Source: an uncultured Alphaproteobacteria bacterium (GTDB lineage Bacteria > Pseudomonadota > Alphaproteobacteria > Rs-D84). Taken from it: DNA of 64,000 nt. The translations under genes were made by a program, and so were the position numbers. Below the pieces are notes generated by a model. The model was not told the DNA's origin. It searched no databases and saw nothing but the letters and a program-made list of their open reading frames with translations. Location: positions 23,875-87,874 of the forward strand of contig CALXOX010000004.1 in the NCBI GenBank assembly GCA_944390125.1, given 5' to 3'. Below, piece after piece: positions 28,927 through 39,543 of the stretch; position 1 is the stretch's first letter, and every line of letters starts with the position of its first letter.

Positions 28927-29809
28927 AGAACTTTAAGATGTCTTGTTGTACTTGCTCATAGTTTGTTTCCATCAACAGTTCATGTCGAGCTTCAGGGTAT
29001 ATTATTAGCGTTAAATTTTGTATATTATTTGATTGGTACATTTTATAAAGTTTCAATGCAAAGCGACTATTAAAACTGACCATATCCCGACTGCCGCTGA
29101 TTATCAAAAGTGGTCTGTTTGGTATTGTTGTGTCTGATAATTTAACCAGATTTTTAAATAAAGAATAATAAAAGCCATATGAAAAATACTTTGCACGCAT
29201 CGGGTCCTGATCGTGTTTCTTTACTTGTTCTATGTCGCGTGTAAGCTTGCTGATTCCGTCCATTTTTCCTTTTATTGGTGAAAAGAACTCGATAAAACGT
29301 GCTGGTGCATTCGGACCAAAAAGTTTTAGACCTATGAAAGCAGTTATTACTGCTGGAATAAGAAAACATGTGGGGTATTTGGCAGAACCAGAAAGGCAAA
29401 CTCCCGCAGCGGCTAAGTCTGGTTCTTCAATCAGTTTTTGGGTAATAAAACTTCCATAACTATGCCCGAATATAAAGATTGGCAGTTTATATTTGTTCTT
29501 TAGGTATTTAGTTATTGCTTTTTCGTCTGAAACTATTGAATTAAATAAATCGGGATCTCCATCCGGTTGACCTATTTTAGAAATGCTTGCTGCGGTTCTA
29601 CCATGGGCACGGTGGTCATCTCCAAACACTATATAGCCGTTAGAATTTAAGAATTTTGCAAATCTGTCATAGCGCTTGACATGTTCATCCATACCATGAA
29701 TTATCTGAACAACTGCGATGGGATTTTTTACATTGTCCCATAAAGAACAGAAAACTTGCTTTTTGTCTCGTGCTGTGAAAGTAACTTCTTTCATATCATG
29801 TGCTCTCAT
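28883..29809 (-). CDS. Alpha/beta hydrolase (lysophospholipase/monoacylglycerol lipase-like)
   Basis: GHSYG nucleophile elbow (GxSxG), HGMDEH oxyanion-region motif; 44-nt convergent overlap with ybaK. Confidence 0.55.
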   Translation of the reverse strand: MRAHDMKEVTFTARDKKQVFCSLWDNVKNPIAVVQIIHGMDEHVKRYDRFAKFLNSNGYIVFGDDHRAHGRTAASISKIGQPDGDPDLFNSIVSDEKAITKYLKNKYKLPIFIFGHSYGSFITQKLIEEPDLAAAGVCLSGSAKYPTCFLIPAVITAFIGLKLFGPNAPARFIEFFSPIKGKMDGISKLTRDIEQVKKHDQDPMRAKYFSYGFYYSLFKNLVKLSDTTIPNRPLLIISGSRDMVSFNSRFALKLYKMYQSNNIQNLTLIIYPEARHELLMETNYEQVQQDILKFFNSVVRKYQKKKQE

Positions 29810-29871
29810 TTTTTACAATAGTATATTGCACAAATATATGAATAATATAGGTTTGTTTTCTTTGTTGTAAA

Positions 29872-31023
29872 TTATGCATTTTCACCGGCTATACGACCGC
29901 TAGCCCAAGCCCAGTGAAGATTAAAACCGCCCAAATCACCAGCTATGTCCAAGACTTCACCTGCAAAATATAGACCTTTGCACAGTTTAGATTCCATTGT
30001 TTTTGATGATATTTGAGATGTATCAACACCGCCTCTAACAACTTCTGCGCTTTGTAAAGAATGAAGTTTGATGTCTTCTTTTGGTATCACAAGCCGATTG
30101 ATTTTATCGGCAATAGATTTTAAATCAGAATCTTTGTAATCTGCGATGTTTTTTGTGTCGCTGCACAACCATCTGGCCAGACGTAGTGGTAATTTATCTG
30201 CAAGGATATTCGAAACAGTTTTTCGGCCTGAAGTTTGCTTTGCTTTTTGAAATAAATCGTATACATTTATATCGGGAAGAAGATTTATTATAATATCATT
30301 AAAATTACGAACTGTTGCGCGATATACTGCTGGACCGCCGATGCCAAAGTGCGTGAACAGCATAGAGTCTTGAATAATTTCTTTCCCAATTTGAATTTCT
30401 ACATCTGTAGATATACCAGATAAATCCGGAGAAAATATTTTTGTTCCAATGGCGCATAAAGCTGGTCGAATAGGTATAATTTTATGACCAAATTGTTTTG
30501 CAACTTTATAACCAAAGTCTGAAACACCAAGAGCAGGGAAAGAAGTGCCGCCGGTAGCAATTATGATTGATTTTGCGACAAAATTCTTTTTGTCTGTTGT
30601 AACGTAAAAGCAATCATCTTGTTTAACAATCGTGTTTACACATGTTTCTGTGAATATTGTGGCATGGCTTGCATCTTGAAGCAACGCTTTTACTACTGTT
30701 TCGGCACCTGTCGCACAAAAATATTGTCCGGCGGTCTTTTCTACGTATTGTATGTTATGGTTCTTTGCCCAGTCTAGTATTTCTGGCGGTGTAACTCTTG
30801 ATATCGCACTTCGCACAAAGTCTGGGTTATTTCCGAAATATCTTTGTGCTGAAACGGCCATATTTGTGAAGTTGCATCGACCTCCGCCAGAGGCGGATAC
30901 TTTTCGCGCAACTTGCGGTCCCATGTCAAGTATAAGGATGTTTTTGCCTAGTTTGGAAGCCGCTGCTGCTGCTGAAAGTCCGGCAGCGCCCCCGCCAATT
31001 ATGATAACGTCATATATTTTCAT
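29872..31023 (-). CDS. HI0933/YhiN-family FAD-dependent flavoprotein
   Basis: Start at MKIYDVIIIGGGAAGLSAAAAASKLG (Rossmann GxGxxG), GGGRCNFTN motif; the ORF-track N-terminal extension is discarded. Confidence 0.7.
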   Translation of the reverse strand: MKIYDVIIIGGGAAGLSAAAAASKLGKNILILDMGPQVARKVSASGGGRCNFTNMAVSAQRYFGNNPDFVRSAISRVTPPEILDWAKNHNIQYVEKTAGQYFCATGAETVVKALLQDASHATIFTETCVNTIVKQDDCFYVTTDKKNFVAKSIIIATGGTSFPALGVSDFGYKVAKQFGHKIIPIRPALCAIGTKIFSPDLSGISTDVEIQIGKEIIQDSMLFTHFGIGGPAVYRATVRNFNDIIINLLPDINVYDLFQKAKQTSGRKTVSNILADKLPLRLARWLCSDTKNIADYKDSDLKSIADKINRLVIPKEDIKLHSLQSAEVVRGGVDTSQISSKTMESKLCKGLYFAGEVLDIAGDLGGFNLHWAWASGRIAGENA

Positions 31024-31044
31024 AATGTGATTATAGCACAAAAA

Positions 31045-31062
31045 ATCCCCATTGAAGGGGAT
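31045..31062 (-). terminator. Rho-independent terminator after the giant surface-protein gene
   Basis: atccccattgaaggggat hairpin followed by a T-run on the minus strand. Confidence 0.45.
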
Positions 31063-31070
31063 TTTTATTT

Positions 31071-34000
31071 TTACCACATAGTGTATCCTTCTTTGCAGGT
31101 GCGTACACACTTCTTTCTGCTTTCGTCCCAAACCATAGTACCTGTTTCGTCTTCGTACTCTTCGGTTGGACAGATAGGAACACACTCGTTGTATTCAAGG
31201 TTGTACAATTCGCCTTGGTACATACAAGATGCTATTTCACATCCTTGTACGTAACTGCTAGCGGCCAGTTTGCCAAGAACACTGTATTTATTCTTGCATT
31301 CGCCACACTGTTTTGTGTGTTCATTGGTTTCTGACGGATCATTTGTATAACCAGGGTTACATAACGTTGCAACACATTCTCCCCACTTATTCAAGTCATG
31401 ATTCCATTCTTTGAAACCAGAACCATTTTCAATGTTGCATGGCTGAACATCGGACACGCATGCATTTGAAGCGACATGGTACCCATATTCGCATTCTTTT
31501 ATCATGCAAGAACCAAACGCATTCTTTTCGTTATCCCATGTTCTTTCAGCAGATACTGCATTAGGCGCTGTACATTCTTGTATATTACCTACGCAACGAT
31601 CGCCTTCTGGGTGATAGCCCAATACGCATTCCGCAATCTGGCATACACCACCATCCTTATAGGATAGAGCATATTCTCTGTCACATGGTACGCATACACC
31701 GTCTTTCATTTCATATCCAGCGTTGCAAGATTTTTCTACGCAAACTCCGTCAATGATGTCGCAAGGGTTACCTGTGTCTGATTGACCTTCAAATTCGCAG
31801 TCGTCCGGATAGAAAGCCTTATCGCTTACAGGAACAGCAGTTCCGTTTATTACATCGTAAGCTTCGCACTTCTTATAGCAACCACTTTCATCTTTGGCGC
31901 CAGGCAAAGACATAGACCATTCACCGTTACCCAAATCAGCACAGGACTTGATATCATCACCTGGATCTGTTGGGTCAACTGTGCCATCACAGAAGCTTCC
32001 TTCTGGGCATTCTACGCACTGACCGTTATCCAATGTGTAGCCTGCTTGGCAACGCTTGATTTCACAGGTATCAACACCCTGATAGTAATCACGACCTTCC
32101 ATTGCAGCAGCATTTGCAGCCAACTTACATTCTGCATAGCACATTGCAACGTCTGTTGTGCCAGCGTCAGATTCTGGATACAAGCCATCTGTCAAGGACG
32201 CACAGGTCTCTTGTGTCCCGCCGTCACATACGCTGCCAGCAGGGCAATTGATACATGTATTGCCAACCTGAGAGTAGCCCTCGTCGCAGCTTGTTACATT
32301 ACATGTCTGGCAATTAGACGTATAATTCTTACCGGATTCGTCATAATTACATGTCTGTTCACCAGTACCATTTTCAATGTCGCAGGCCATGTCTTCACGA
32401 TAGCACTCAGAGGCAGCTGCACTAGTTTCTGTTCTGGTTGTACCATCCATCGGACATTGATGACGTGCTGTATCCAACGCAGGACTGTAGTACCCTATGC
32501 CAGCGACCATACAGTCTGTCGGCAACAACAAGTGATCGTAGTAGTACCCAGCATCACAACTTGTCATTGTAGGCAAATCGCAACTTGAAGAGTATACTGC
32601 GCTATCGCCATCGCCGCTTGTGTAGTAGCACAAGTATTCACCAGTTCCATGTTCTGCTTCTGTATATGGCAGACCATCCTTGTAGCACAGTAATATGCTG
32701 TCTGATGTTGTGCCATTTGTTTTTCCTGAAGCAGGGCACGCATGACGTTCTGTATCACCAGAATCACTATAGTAATTCAGATCAACTTCTACGCAATCTG
32801 TGTCATCCGGACTTTCCAGCCAATATCCACCACGACAGCTGTTGATTGTTTTTGTGTCACAGTCACGTTGATATACTGCCAGAGTTCCTTCGCCACTTGA
32901 ATAGAAGCAACGTTGTGTACCAGAACCGTATGTAGCTTCGTATGCTAACCCCGTTTTGAAACATTGCTGAACAATAGTTGCTGTTTCTGTTTCAGTATTT
33001 CCACCATTTGGGCACTGTGTACGTTCTGTGCTGGCACCACCACTATAGTATCCATTACCAACTGGATCACAATCAGGGCTTTCTGCCTCTGCATTAGCCA
33101 AGTAATAACCAGCTTCGCAGGAGTTGATAACTTTATCTGTACAGCTAGCACTATATGACTTCTGGTCATCATCATAGTTACATGTTTGTGTACCAGAACC
33201 GTGAGATGCTGTATAAGTCAACTTCGTCTTGTAGCAGCTTGTTACAGCACTTGAGCCAGTTGTTGAAACCCCTTGTTCTGGACATGCATTCAAGCCTTCT
33301 GGAGAACCGCCGTCCGTCGCAAAGTTACCACCAGGGCAGTAGTAGTTAGCAGTACACGTGTCACATTGTGTACCTGTGCCTGTATAGTATGTGCCAGGTG
33401 CACAGTATGTTGTACCAGCTGACCAGCGAGCATAAATTGTTGCTGGACTTGTTGTAAAGGTCAATGCATTTTCAGAAGTTTGGAATATTCCATCTGAAGA
33501 TACGACTTGTGTTCCTCCACTCGTTGCACTGTAGTATCCAGCAAACTCGTAACCAGACTTTGTTGGAACTGTTGTCAACTCAGAGATTGAAGAATTAGCT
33601 TCTTCCGTTGTGAACCAACCTGTTGCATATTTTACATATACAGTTGCAGGTTCTCCATCAGTGTCTGCAGACCGGTGGTCTAACGTTACTTCATATACGT
33701 TTGGTGTCCAAACCGCATATAATGTCGTGTCTGTACCATTCGCAGATATATTCGCAGCAGTTGACTGACCTGCGTAGTAGCATGGACCACTACCGTTCTT
33801 ATCTGCACACCATTTTGCTTGCACTGTGTAACCTGGGCGAGTCAGTCCATCAACTGCAGGCAGTTCGCATGCACCGCTGTCAAATGTGCACTTTATGCTT
33901 GCTGCGACAGAACCTGTACCACCATTTTTATCTAATGTAATGGTATATTCATTCGCCGCACAAGAAGGACTCTCTGAGTTATTACCGTTTACCGTATAAC

Positions 34001-37000
34001 CCGTTTCGCATGTTACAGCGAAAGAACATGCTGCATATGAATCTGCACTGATACCATATACTGTATTCTGTTCTGCCGCTACAGATGTAGAGTGTGGTAC
34101 TTCTATAGCACATGTTTTATAGCAATCCTCATAGCTGTCAGCGTATTCAGAAGACTCTACTTTACCGCCCACAGGATCTTTTGGACATGCCGTTTGTACA
34201 ATTGCACCTTCAGGACTATAAAATCCAGTAGATGTACCACTGCACAAGAACGCATTCTGTTGTGCATACCAGTAACCGGCAATACAACTTTTTACTTCTA
34301 CAATACTGCATGCATCATACTTGCTTGTTGATGACTGGTAGAAGCACTTTGCAGATGCAACACCGTTTTGGAATCCATCATAGTCATCAAAGACTTTATA
34401 GCACTGTGTTATAGATACGGATCCCTTTTCTGATGTTCCGCCGTCTGGACATACGATAGGACTTGGCGATTCTGGTGGGCAGTAATACCCAGCAGGGCAC
34501 TCGTCTGCGTCACCCCATATACACGATGGGTTGGCGCTTGGACTATCTTTAGGAGTGTAGTTCTCATCACATTGAGCGCTATATTGACAGGCAGGGTAAG
34601 ATGAGCCACTATAGAAAGCATTTCCTGTTGATATACCCTGACCATTATCAATTTCTAGTGTTGGCGGGCATACCTTATAACATTCTTCAATTGAACCAGC
34701 ACCTGCAGCGGAAGTTCCGTCTTCTGGACAGGCTTTTTCAACACCGTTTTCACAGTATGATCCTGCAGGACATTGTTCAGGTTCGCCTTCATCTGTGCCG
34801 CCCGGACATGTTACACCGTCTTCGCACTGTGTACACATTGCGCCAGCTGTACCATTGCCAGAGGCAACATAACCTTCGTCACAGTTGGCATTATATGTAC
34901 ACGCAGGATACGCTGAACCCGTCCAGTTGACCTTGTTGGCTACGGCATTCGCTGTTCCGCCAGTAATAGGCTTATTAGAACAAGTCTTATAGCACTGTGT
35001 TACAGCTGTCGCGCCGGCATCAGATGTACCACCACCTGGACATGTAATAGGACCACTGCCGTCTTCTGGACAGTAAGAGCCCGCAGGACATGCCTCTGGA
35101 TCTGCCCATACACAAGATGGCGCTGCACTTGGACTATCCTTAGGTGTATAGTTTTCATCACATTCCGCACGATATTGACATGCAGGATATGAAGAGCCCT
35201 TATAGTAAGCATTCCCCTCAGATATGCCTTGACCATTTTCAATTTCTAACGTTGGGGCACAAGTTTTATAACATTCTTCAATTGAGCCGGCACCAGCAGC
35301 AGATGTACCACCAGCAGGGCACTCTTTTGCGATACCTTCTTCGCAATAAGAACCGACTGGACATTCTTCTGGTTCCTTGTCATCTGTACCGCCAGGGCAG
35401 TTCACACCGTCTTGGCACTTTGTACAAGTCGCACCAGCAGTTCCATTGTTCGATGCAGCATATCCAGCATTACAATTTGCAGTATAAGTACACGCAGGAT
35501 ACGAAGAACCATTATAATTTGACTTGCTAGAATCTGCTGTCAGCTTACCACCTGTTATAGTCTTACCAGAGCAGGTAATATAGCATTGATTCTGTGAGGT
35601 TGCACCTTGATCTGAGGTTCCAGAACCTGGACATGTTGTGCCGCAGCCTGCAGAACCAATGTTTGCAAAGCCTTCACCCGGGCAGAACATTCCAGCAGGG
35701 CAAGTTACATGATTTTCACCGTCATAATATTTACCTGCCTGACACTGAGTCGTCTGTTGTGACCAACAAGCATACATAGTTGTTGCGCCCGTAAAAGTCT
35801 TTTGGAAAACACCACTGGTGCATCCTGCAGAGTCGCCCCATCCAGTAAATGCATATCCCGTACGTTCCAGACCCGCTGATGGCAGGTTGCACATAACACC
35901 GTGTTTGCATTTTTGCACAGCGTCATTTGTGCCAGTTGAACCATTAATCGTTCCTGTACCACCATTCTTTTTCAAAGTGATAGAGTATTCATCAGGTTCA
36001 CAGCTGCTTTCGTCATCAGACAAGTGATAACCCGGATTACATTTGAAAGGTTCGTCATCTCCAGGACACGTTGCATTAGGTATGCACGCCGCACAACCGC
36101 TGCCGGATAAGTAATAATTTTCAGCACATGCAGTTGCAGCACATGTCTTAGTTCCACCTTTCGTTACAGTTCCGCTTACGTCTGTAGAGTGAGAAACGTC
36201 AGACGTTGTGCAGTTGCGGTAACATACAGAATTAGTTTGGCTTTGGCAGACATTGTATGTTCCCAAAGTAAACCCAGAAACACTACTACATGATACACTA
36301 CACGCCGAACAGCCAGAACCATTAGGGTATTGGTTAGACGGGCAGCTGCAAGTGCCGGCACCCGTAGGATTATTAGGACAGGCTGTCCATTGTGCTGTCA
36401 GGACCGTGTCGCCTGCAGTTGTGTAGGTATAGTCTGTGTCGGCGTTTGGATAAGAACCACCCCAACTTGAGAAGTTATAACCTGGACGTGTAAATAATGT
36501 CGCAGCTTTTGTCGTAAATTTGGCGTTATATGTAACACTTTGTGTCGCATCTGCTCCAACACCGCCACCATTCTTATAGGTAACTGTATATTCAGCAGGT
36601 TCACATGCTGTGCCAGAAGAATTCTTTACGTATCCAGCGTTACATGTAAATGAAAGAGTACATGTGGATTCTGCCGCGCTACAGGTACCATTGTAGTACT
36701 GTGTGCCAGACGTTGTCTGAGAACCATGAGTACACGTAGCGTGAGCAGGGCAAGATTGTTGTGTACATGCACGAGTGCAGTTCTTATAGCACTTTGTATT
36801 GCCACCTTCGTTCCCTGCACTGGATAGTTTAAACGAGCCGTCGCCAACAGTACTACATGCAGGACATGTTGTCCCGTTGTCGTAGTAGCCAGAATTTGCG
36901 GTTACAGAAACTACAGGCTTTTTACAATCTTTCGGTGTGCAATCTTCTGTTATTGTACCAGAATATTTTTTCTTGTAACTACAAGTTGTTGGAGTGCAAG

Positions 37001-37973
37001 TACCCCATGCTGTTACGCTTGCACAGTTTGCAGGTACGTCACCATTGACCTGTTTGCCAGACTTTTCAAAAATCCCAACGCAGTCAGCTTCGGCGCCAAC
37101 AGCGGCACCATCACGGTATTCAGCCGGGCATTGATTGCGCGTGCTTGTGCTTCCCTGAGATACTGTATGAGACTCTTTCCAATAACCTGTGCCAACGCTT
37201 GTACACTTAGCATTTGCTTCGGCAACGTATGTACCTGCCGAACATGTCGCTTTACATGATGTAATACCAGCATGGTTAGTGGCGGATGTTCCAGAATTTA
37301 CATAGCCATTTGCTGAATTACACGAAGAGCAAGATGCGGCACCTTTATCTGAATACTGATTGTTACCACAAACACCACAAGACGATGTGCTGCCGTAATT
37401 TACAATATGTCCTGCCTTGAATGTACCGGCGGCACACTCGGCTGTAGTTGTTGTGTTCTTTGTCGTTAAATATTTACCGGCATCAACCATTATATAACAT
37501 CCTGTATCTTTAGTCGCTTCACCAAGATTGGATGTGTAACCACTTGGACATGGGTTTTTACCTTGATCTACACTAGAGCTAAAACTAAACGTTCCGCCCC
37601 CACAATAAGAACCAGCTGGACACTTTGAACAAGTCTTGGAGTTCTGAGGAAGATATTCACCAGCTGCACAGGTTACACTTATCAAAGTACATGAGCCACC
37701 TGCTGTAGTTGTTGCACCGTTCGCTGTTCCGTCAACACTATAACCATTGTCGCATGTACATGTACTTACTGTTCCGCCTTCAGAACTTGAGTTCGCCCCA
37801 CAGGGGTTACAAGAATTACCAACGTCTTGTCCTCCAGACATGTAATAATCCTCGTTACAGGATGTGTACTTCTTGTATGAAGGACACGAATAGCCTTCAG
37901 CAAGCGCATTGCCCACAAATAAAGCTATAAATAAAGATGCAAAAATGCCTAGAAAACAGCGATTTTTTCCCAT
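31071..37973 (-). CDS. Giant secreted Cys-rich repeat protein (~2300 aa) combining Listeria-Bacteroides (InlB B-type) repeats with CPxGxYC Cys-rich modules; putative surface adhesin
   Basis: Start at MGKNRCFLGIFASLFIALFVGNALA (signal peptide; RBS agaggaag). Four Flg_new-like repeats (e.g. YTVTYKNGGGVG...TRPGYNFSSWGG, YSITLKKNGGTGT...RTGYAFTGWG, YTITLDKNGGTGS...RPGYTV, YEVTLDH...KSGYEFAGYY). Numerous CPAGSYC/CPGGT modules; Thr/Gly/Ser/Cys-rich throughout. Confidence 0.7.
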   Translation of the reverse strand: MGKNRCFLGIFASLFIALFVGNALAEGYSCPSYKKYTSCNEDYYMSGGQDVGNSCNPCGANSSSEGGTVSTCTCDNGYSVDGTANGATTTAGGSCTLISVTCAAGEYLPQNSKTCSKCPAGSYCGGGTFSFSSSVDQGKNPCPSGYTSNLGEATKDTGCYIMVDAGKYLTTKNTTTTAECAAGTFKAGHIVNYGSTSSCGVCGNNQYSDKGAASCSSCNSANGYVNSGTSATNHAGITSCKATCSAGTYVAEANAKCTSVGTGYWKESHTVSQGSTSTRNQCPAEYRDGAAVGAEADCVGIFEKSGKQVNGDVPANCASVTAWGTCTPTTCSYKKKYSGTITEDCTPKDCKKPVVSVTANSGYYDNGTTCPACSTVGDGSFKLSSAGNEGGNTKCYKNCTRACTQQSCPAHATCTHGSQTTSGTQYYNGTCSAAESTCTLSFTCNAGYVKNSSGTACEPAEYTVTYKNGGGVGADATQSVTYNAKFTTKAATLFTRPGYNFSSWGGSYPNADTDYTYTTAGDTVLTAQWTACPNNPTGAGTCSCPSNQYPNGSGCSACSVSCSSVSGFTLGTYNVCQSQTNSVCYRNCTTSDVSHSTDVSGTVTKGGTKTCAATACAENYYLSGSGCAACIPNATCPGDDEPFKCNPGYHLSDDESSCEPDEYSITLKKNGGTGTINGSTGTNDAVQKCKHGVMCNLPSAGLERTGYAFTGWGDSAGCTSGVFQKTFTGATTMYACWSQQTTQCQAGKYYDGENHVTCPAGMFCPGEGFANIGSAGCGTTCPGSGTSDQGATSQNQCYITCSGKTITGGKLTADSSKSNYNGSSYPACTYTANCNAGYAASNNGTAGATCTKCQDGVNCPGGTDDKEPEECPVGSYCEEGIAKECPAGGTSAAGAGSIEECYKTCAPTLEIENGQGISEGNAYYKGSSYPACQYRAECDENYTPKDSPSAAPSCVWADPEACPAGSYCPEDGSGPITCPGGGTSDAGATAVTQCYKTCSNKPITGGTANAVANKVNWTGSAYPACTYNANCDEGYVASGNGTAGAMCTQCEDGVTCPGGTDEGEPEQCPAGSYCENGVEKACPEDGTSAAGAGSIEECYKVCPPTLEIDNGQGISTGNAFYSGSSYPACQYSAQCDENYTPKDSPSANPSCIWGDADECPAGYYCPPESPSPIVCPDGGTSEKGSVSITQCYKVFDDYDGFQNGVASAKCFYQSSTSKYDACSIVEVKSCIAGYWYAQQNAFLCSGTSTGFYSPEGAIVQTACPKDPVGGKVESSEYADSYEDCYKTCAIEVPHSTSVAAEQNTVYGISADSYAACSFAVTCETGYTVNGNNSESPSCAANEYTITLDKNGGTGSVAASIKCTFDSGACELPAVDGLTRPGYTVQAKWCADKNGSGPCYYAGQSTAANISANGTDTTLYAVWTPNVYEVTLDHRSADTDGEPATVYVKYATGWFTTEEANSSISELTTVPTKSGYEFAGYYSATSGGTQVVSSDGIFQTSENALTFTTSPATIYARWSAGTTYCAPGTYYTGTGTQCDTCTANYYCPGGNFATDGGSPEGLNACPEQGVSTTGSSAVTSCYKTKLTYTASHGSGTQTCNYDDDQKSYSASCTDKVINSCEAGYYLANAEAESPDCDPVGNGYYSGGASTERTQCPNGGNTETETATIVQQCFKTGLAYEATYGSGTQRCFYSSGEGTLAVYQRDCDTKTINSCRGGYWLESPDDTDCVEVDLNYYSDSGDTERHACPASGKTNGTTSDSILLCYKDGLPYTEAEHGTGEYLCYYTSGDGDSAVYSSSCDLPTMTSCDAGYYYDHLLLPTDCMVAGIGYYSPALDTARHQCPMDGTTRTETSAAASECYREDMACDIENGTGEQTCNYDESGKNYTSNCQTCNVTSCDEGYSQVGNTCINCPAGSVCDGGTQETCASLTDGLYPESDAGTTDVAMCYAECKLAANAAAMEGRDYYQGVDTCEIKRCQAGYTLDNGQCVECPEGSFCDGTVDPTDPGDDIKSCADLGNGEWSMSLPGAKDESGCYKKCEAYDVINGTAVPVSDKAFYPDDCEFEGQSDTGNPCDIIDGVCVEKSCNAGYEMKDGVCVPCDREYALSYKDGGVCQIAECVLGYHPEGDRCVGNIQECTAPNAVSAERTWDNEKNAFGSCMIKECEYGYHVASNACVSDVQPCNIENGSGFKEWNHDLNKWGECVATLCNPGYTNDPSETNEHTKQCGECKNKYSVLGKLAASSYVQGCEIASCMYQGELYNLEYNECVPICPTEEYEDETGTMVWDESRKKCVRTCKEGYTMW
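34100..35700. repeat. Tandem 591-nt (197-aa) repeat, ~2.7 diverged copies, inside the giant gene
   Basis: Protein segments CPGGTDDKEPEECPVGSYC...QCEDGVT and CPGGTDEGEPEQCPAGSYC... are near-identical. Antisense ORFs at 34409..34651 and 35000..35242 are 591 nt apart and homologous. Confidence 0.65.
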
Positions 37974-38068
37974 GACTTCCTCTCTTTTGTATTTCATTCT
38001 AGAAAAAAAGCTATATATCACGCAAGAGAAAAAGTAAAAAAAATCACATTGGTATAAAAATAAAAAAA

Positions 38069-38086
38069 CACGCCATCGGCGTGTAG
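38069..38086 (-). terminator. Terminator hairpin downstream of tRNA-Met
   Basis: cacgccgatggcgtg hairpin followed by ttttttta on the minus strand. Confidence 0.45.
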
Positions 38087-38093
38087 TTATTTG

Positions 38094-38170
38094 TGGTGGG
38101 TTAGGTAGGACTTGAACCCACGACCAAAGCGTTATGAGCGCTCCGCTCTAACCAACTGAGCTACTAACCC
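38094..38170 (-). tRNA. tRNA-Met (anticodon CAT); elongator type, could alternatively be tRNA-Ile2 (lysidine)
   Basis: 77 nt; GGGTTAG acceptor stem, anticodon loop CTCATAA, T-loop GTTCAAGTC, 3' CCA encoded. Confidence 0.8.
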
Positions 38171-38262
38171 ACGGACGCAATTATATACTATTTCATTTTC
38201 GTTGCAAGTGATTTTTATTTATATGCTTTATTTTTATTTTGCTGTGTGCAAAAATATTGCGT

Positions 38263-39543
38263 ATGTCAGAGCTGGTAAAAATTTTAAGTGATATTCAGAT
38301 GGAGGCGTTTAATACAATTGAACGCACACATTCTAATTTGCTTATTTTGGGTCAGGCAGGGACAGGGAAGTCCACTTTTGTAAATTATCTTAAAAGTGCA
38401 TCGAAAAAACGTATTATATGTGCATGTCCAACAGCTGTGTCTGCTTTGAATGTTGGCGGGCAAACGATACATTCGCTGTTTCAAATTCAGCCACGCGACT
38501 TTATTATGCCAGAATTGTTGAAATTAAAGGCAAAGCCTAGAAATATACTGAATGCTGCTGATGTTTTAATAATAGATGAGATATCTATGGTGGCACCAGA
38601 CTTATTAGATGCAATTGATATATTGGCACGTATGGCGCGTCACAATAATGAGCCGTTTGGAGGACTTCAGGTTGTTGCCATAGGGGATTTGTTTCAATTA
38701 CCACCTGTAATCACTCGTGATGCGATGGAGTATTACAAGACTGCGTATGAACATGAAAATGCATACTTTTTTGATAGTAATGTTTATAAAAGGTCTAATT
38801 TTTTAAGATATGATTTTGATTTAGTATATAGACAAAACGATAAGGAACTGTTGGAAAATTTACGTAGATTACGTCAAAACGATTTAACAGCGCTGAGTTT
38901 TTTTAACACGTGTAAAATATCTGATATAGAACGATTAAAAAACGCGGTAATTATTACTCCGTTTAGAGCTGTGGCAGAAAGAATAAATGCGTCGCGTTTA
39001 GCAGAAGTGGATGCTCCAGAGATAAGTTATACTGGTGAATTGACAGGAAACTTTCAAGAGCGCGATGTTCCTGCACCAATGGAGTTGACATTAAAAGTAG
39101 GTGCTTTGGTCGTTTTTGTAAAGAACGGAGATAAGTGGCACAATGGTTCTATGGGAATAGTAAAAAATTTATTATCGCGAGAGATAATTGTTGAATTGTT
39201 GAATAAAGACAGAGATATTGTTTCTGTGCGCCCAGAAAAATGGCAAAAAATAGAATATATTCGTGATGAAAATGACAGATTGCAGGAAAATGAAGTTGGC
39301 AGTTTTAAGCAATTTCCATTAAATCTTGGTTATGCAATGACAATACATAAAGCACAAGGAAAAACGTTAGATAGTGTAATTATTGATATTTCACGTGGTG
39401 CATTTGCTCACGGTCAGACGTATGTCGCGCTTTCACGCACACGTAATGCTTCTGATATGCACATAAGTTCGCCATTACGCCCAAGAGATATTATTTTTGA
39501 TGCGAGGGTTTTAGATTTTGTTGGCGCAAATCATACAGCATAA
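38263..39543 (+). CDS. Pif1/RecD-like SF1B DNA helicase
   Basis: Walker A GQAGTGKST, Walker B LIIDEISMV, GDLFQLPPV motif, C-terminal HKAQGKTLD...ALSRTR. Confidence 0.7.
   Translation: MSELVKILSDIQMEAFNTIERTHSNLLILGQAGTGKSTFVNYLKSASKKRIICACPTAVSALNVGGQTIHSLFQIQPRDFIMPELLKLKAKPRNILNAADVLIIDEISMVAPDLLDAIDILARMARHNNEPFGGLQVVAIGDLFQLPPVITRDAMEYYKTAYEHENAYFFDSNVYKRSNFLRYDFDLVYRQNDKELLENLRRLRQNDLTALSFFNTCKISDIERLKNAVIITPFRAVAERINASRLAEVDAPEISYTGELTGNFQERDVPAPMELTLKVGALVVFVKNGDKWHNGSMGIVKNLLSREIIVELLNKDRDIVSVRPEKWQKIEYIRDENDRLQENEVGSFKQFPLNLGYAMTIHKAQGKTLDSVIIDISRGAFAHGQTYVALSRTRNASDMHISSPLRPRDIIFDARVLDFVGANHTA

Noticed and set aside
31476-37930. Over twenty 60-268-aa ORFs on both strands inside the giant Cys-rich gene
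   Set aside because: All lie within, and mostly antisense to, a single continuous 2300-aa ORF with signal peptide and coherent repeat architecture. They are by-products of the biased, repetitive Thr/Gly/Cys codon composition.
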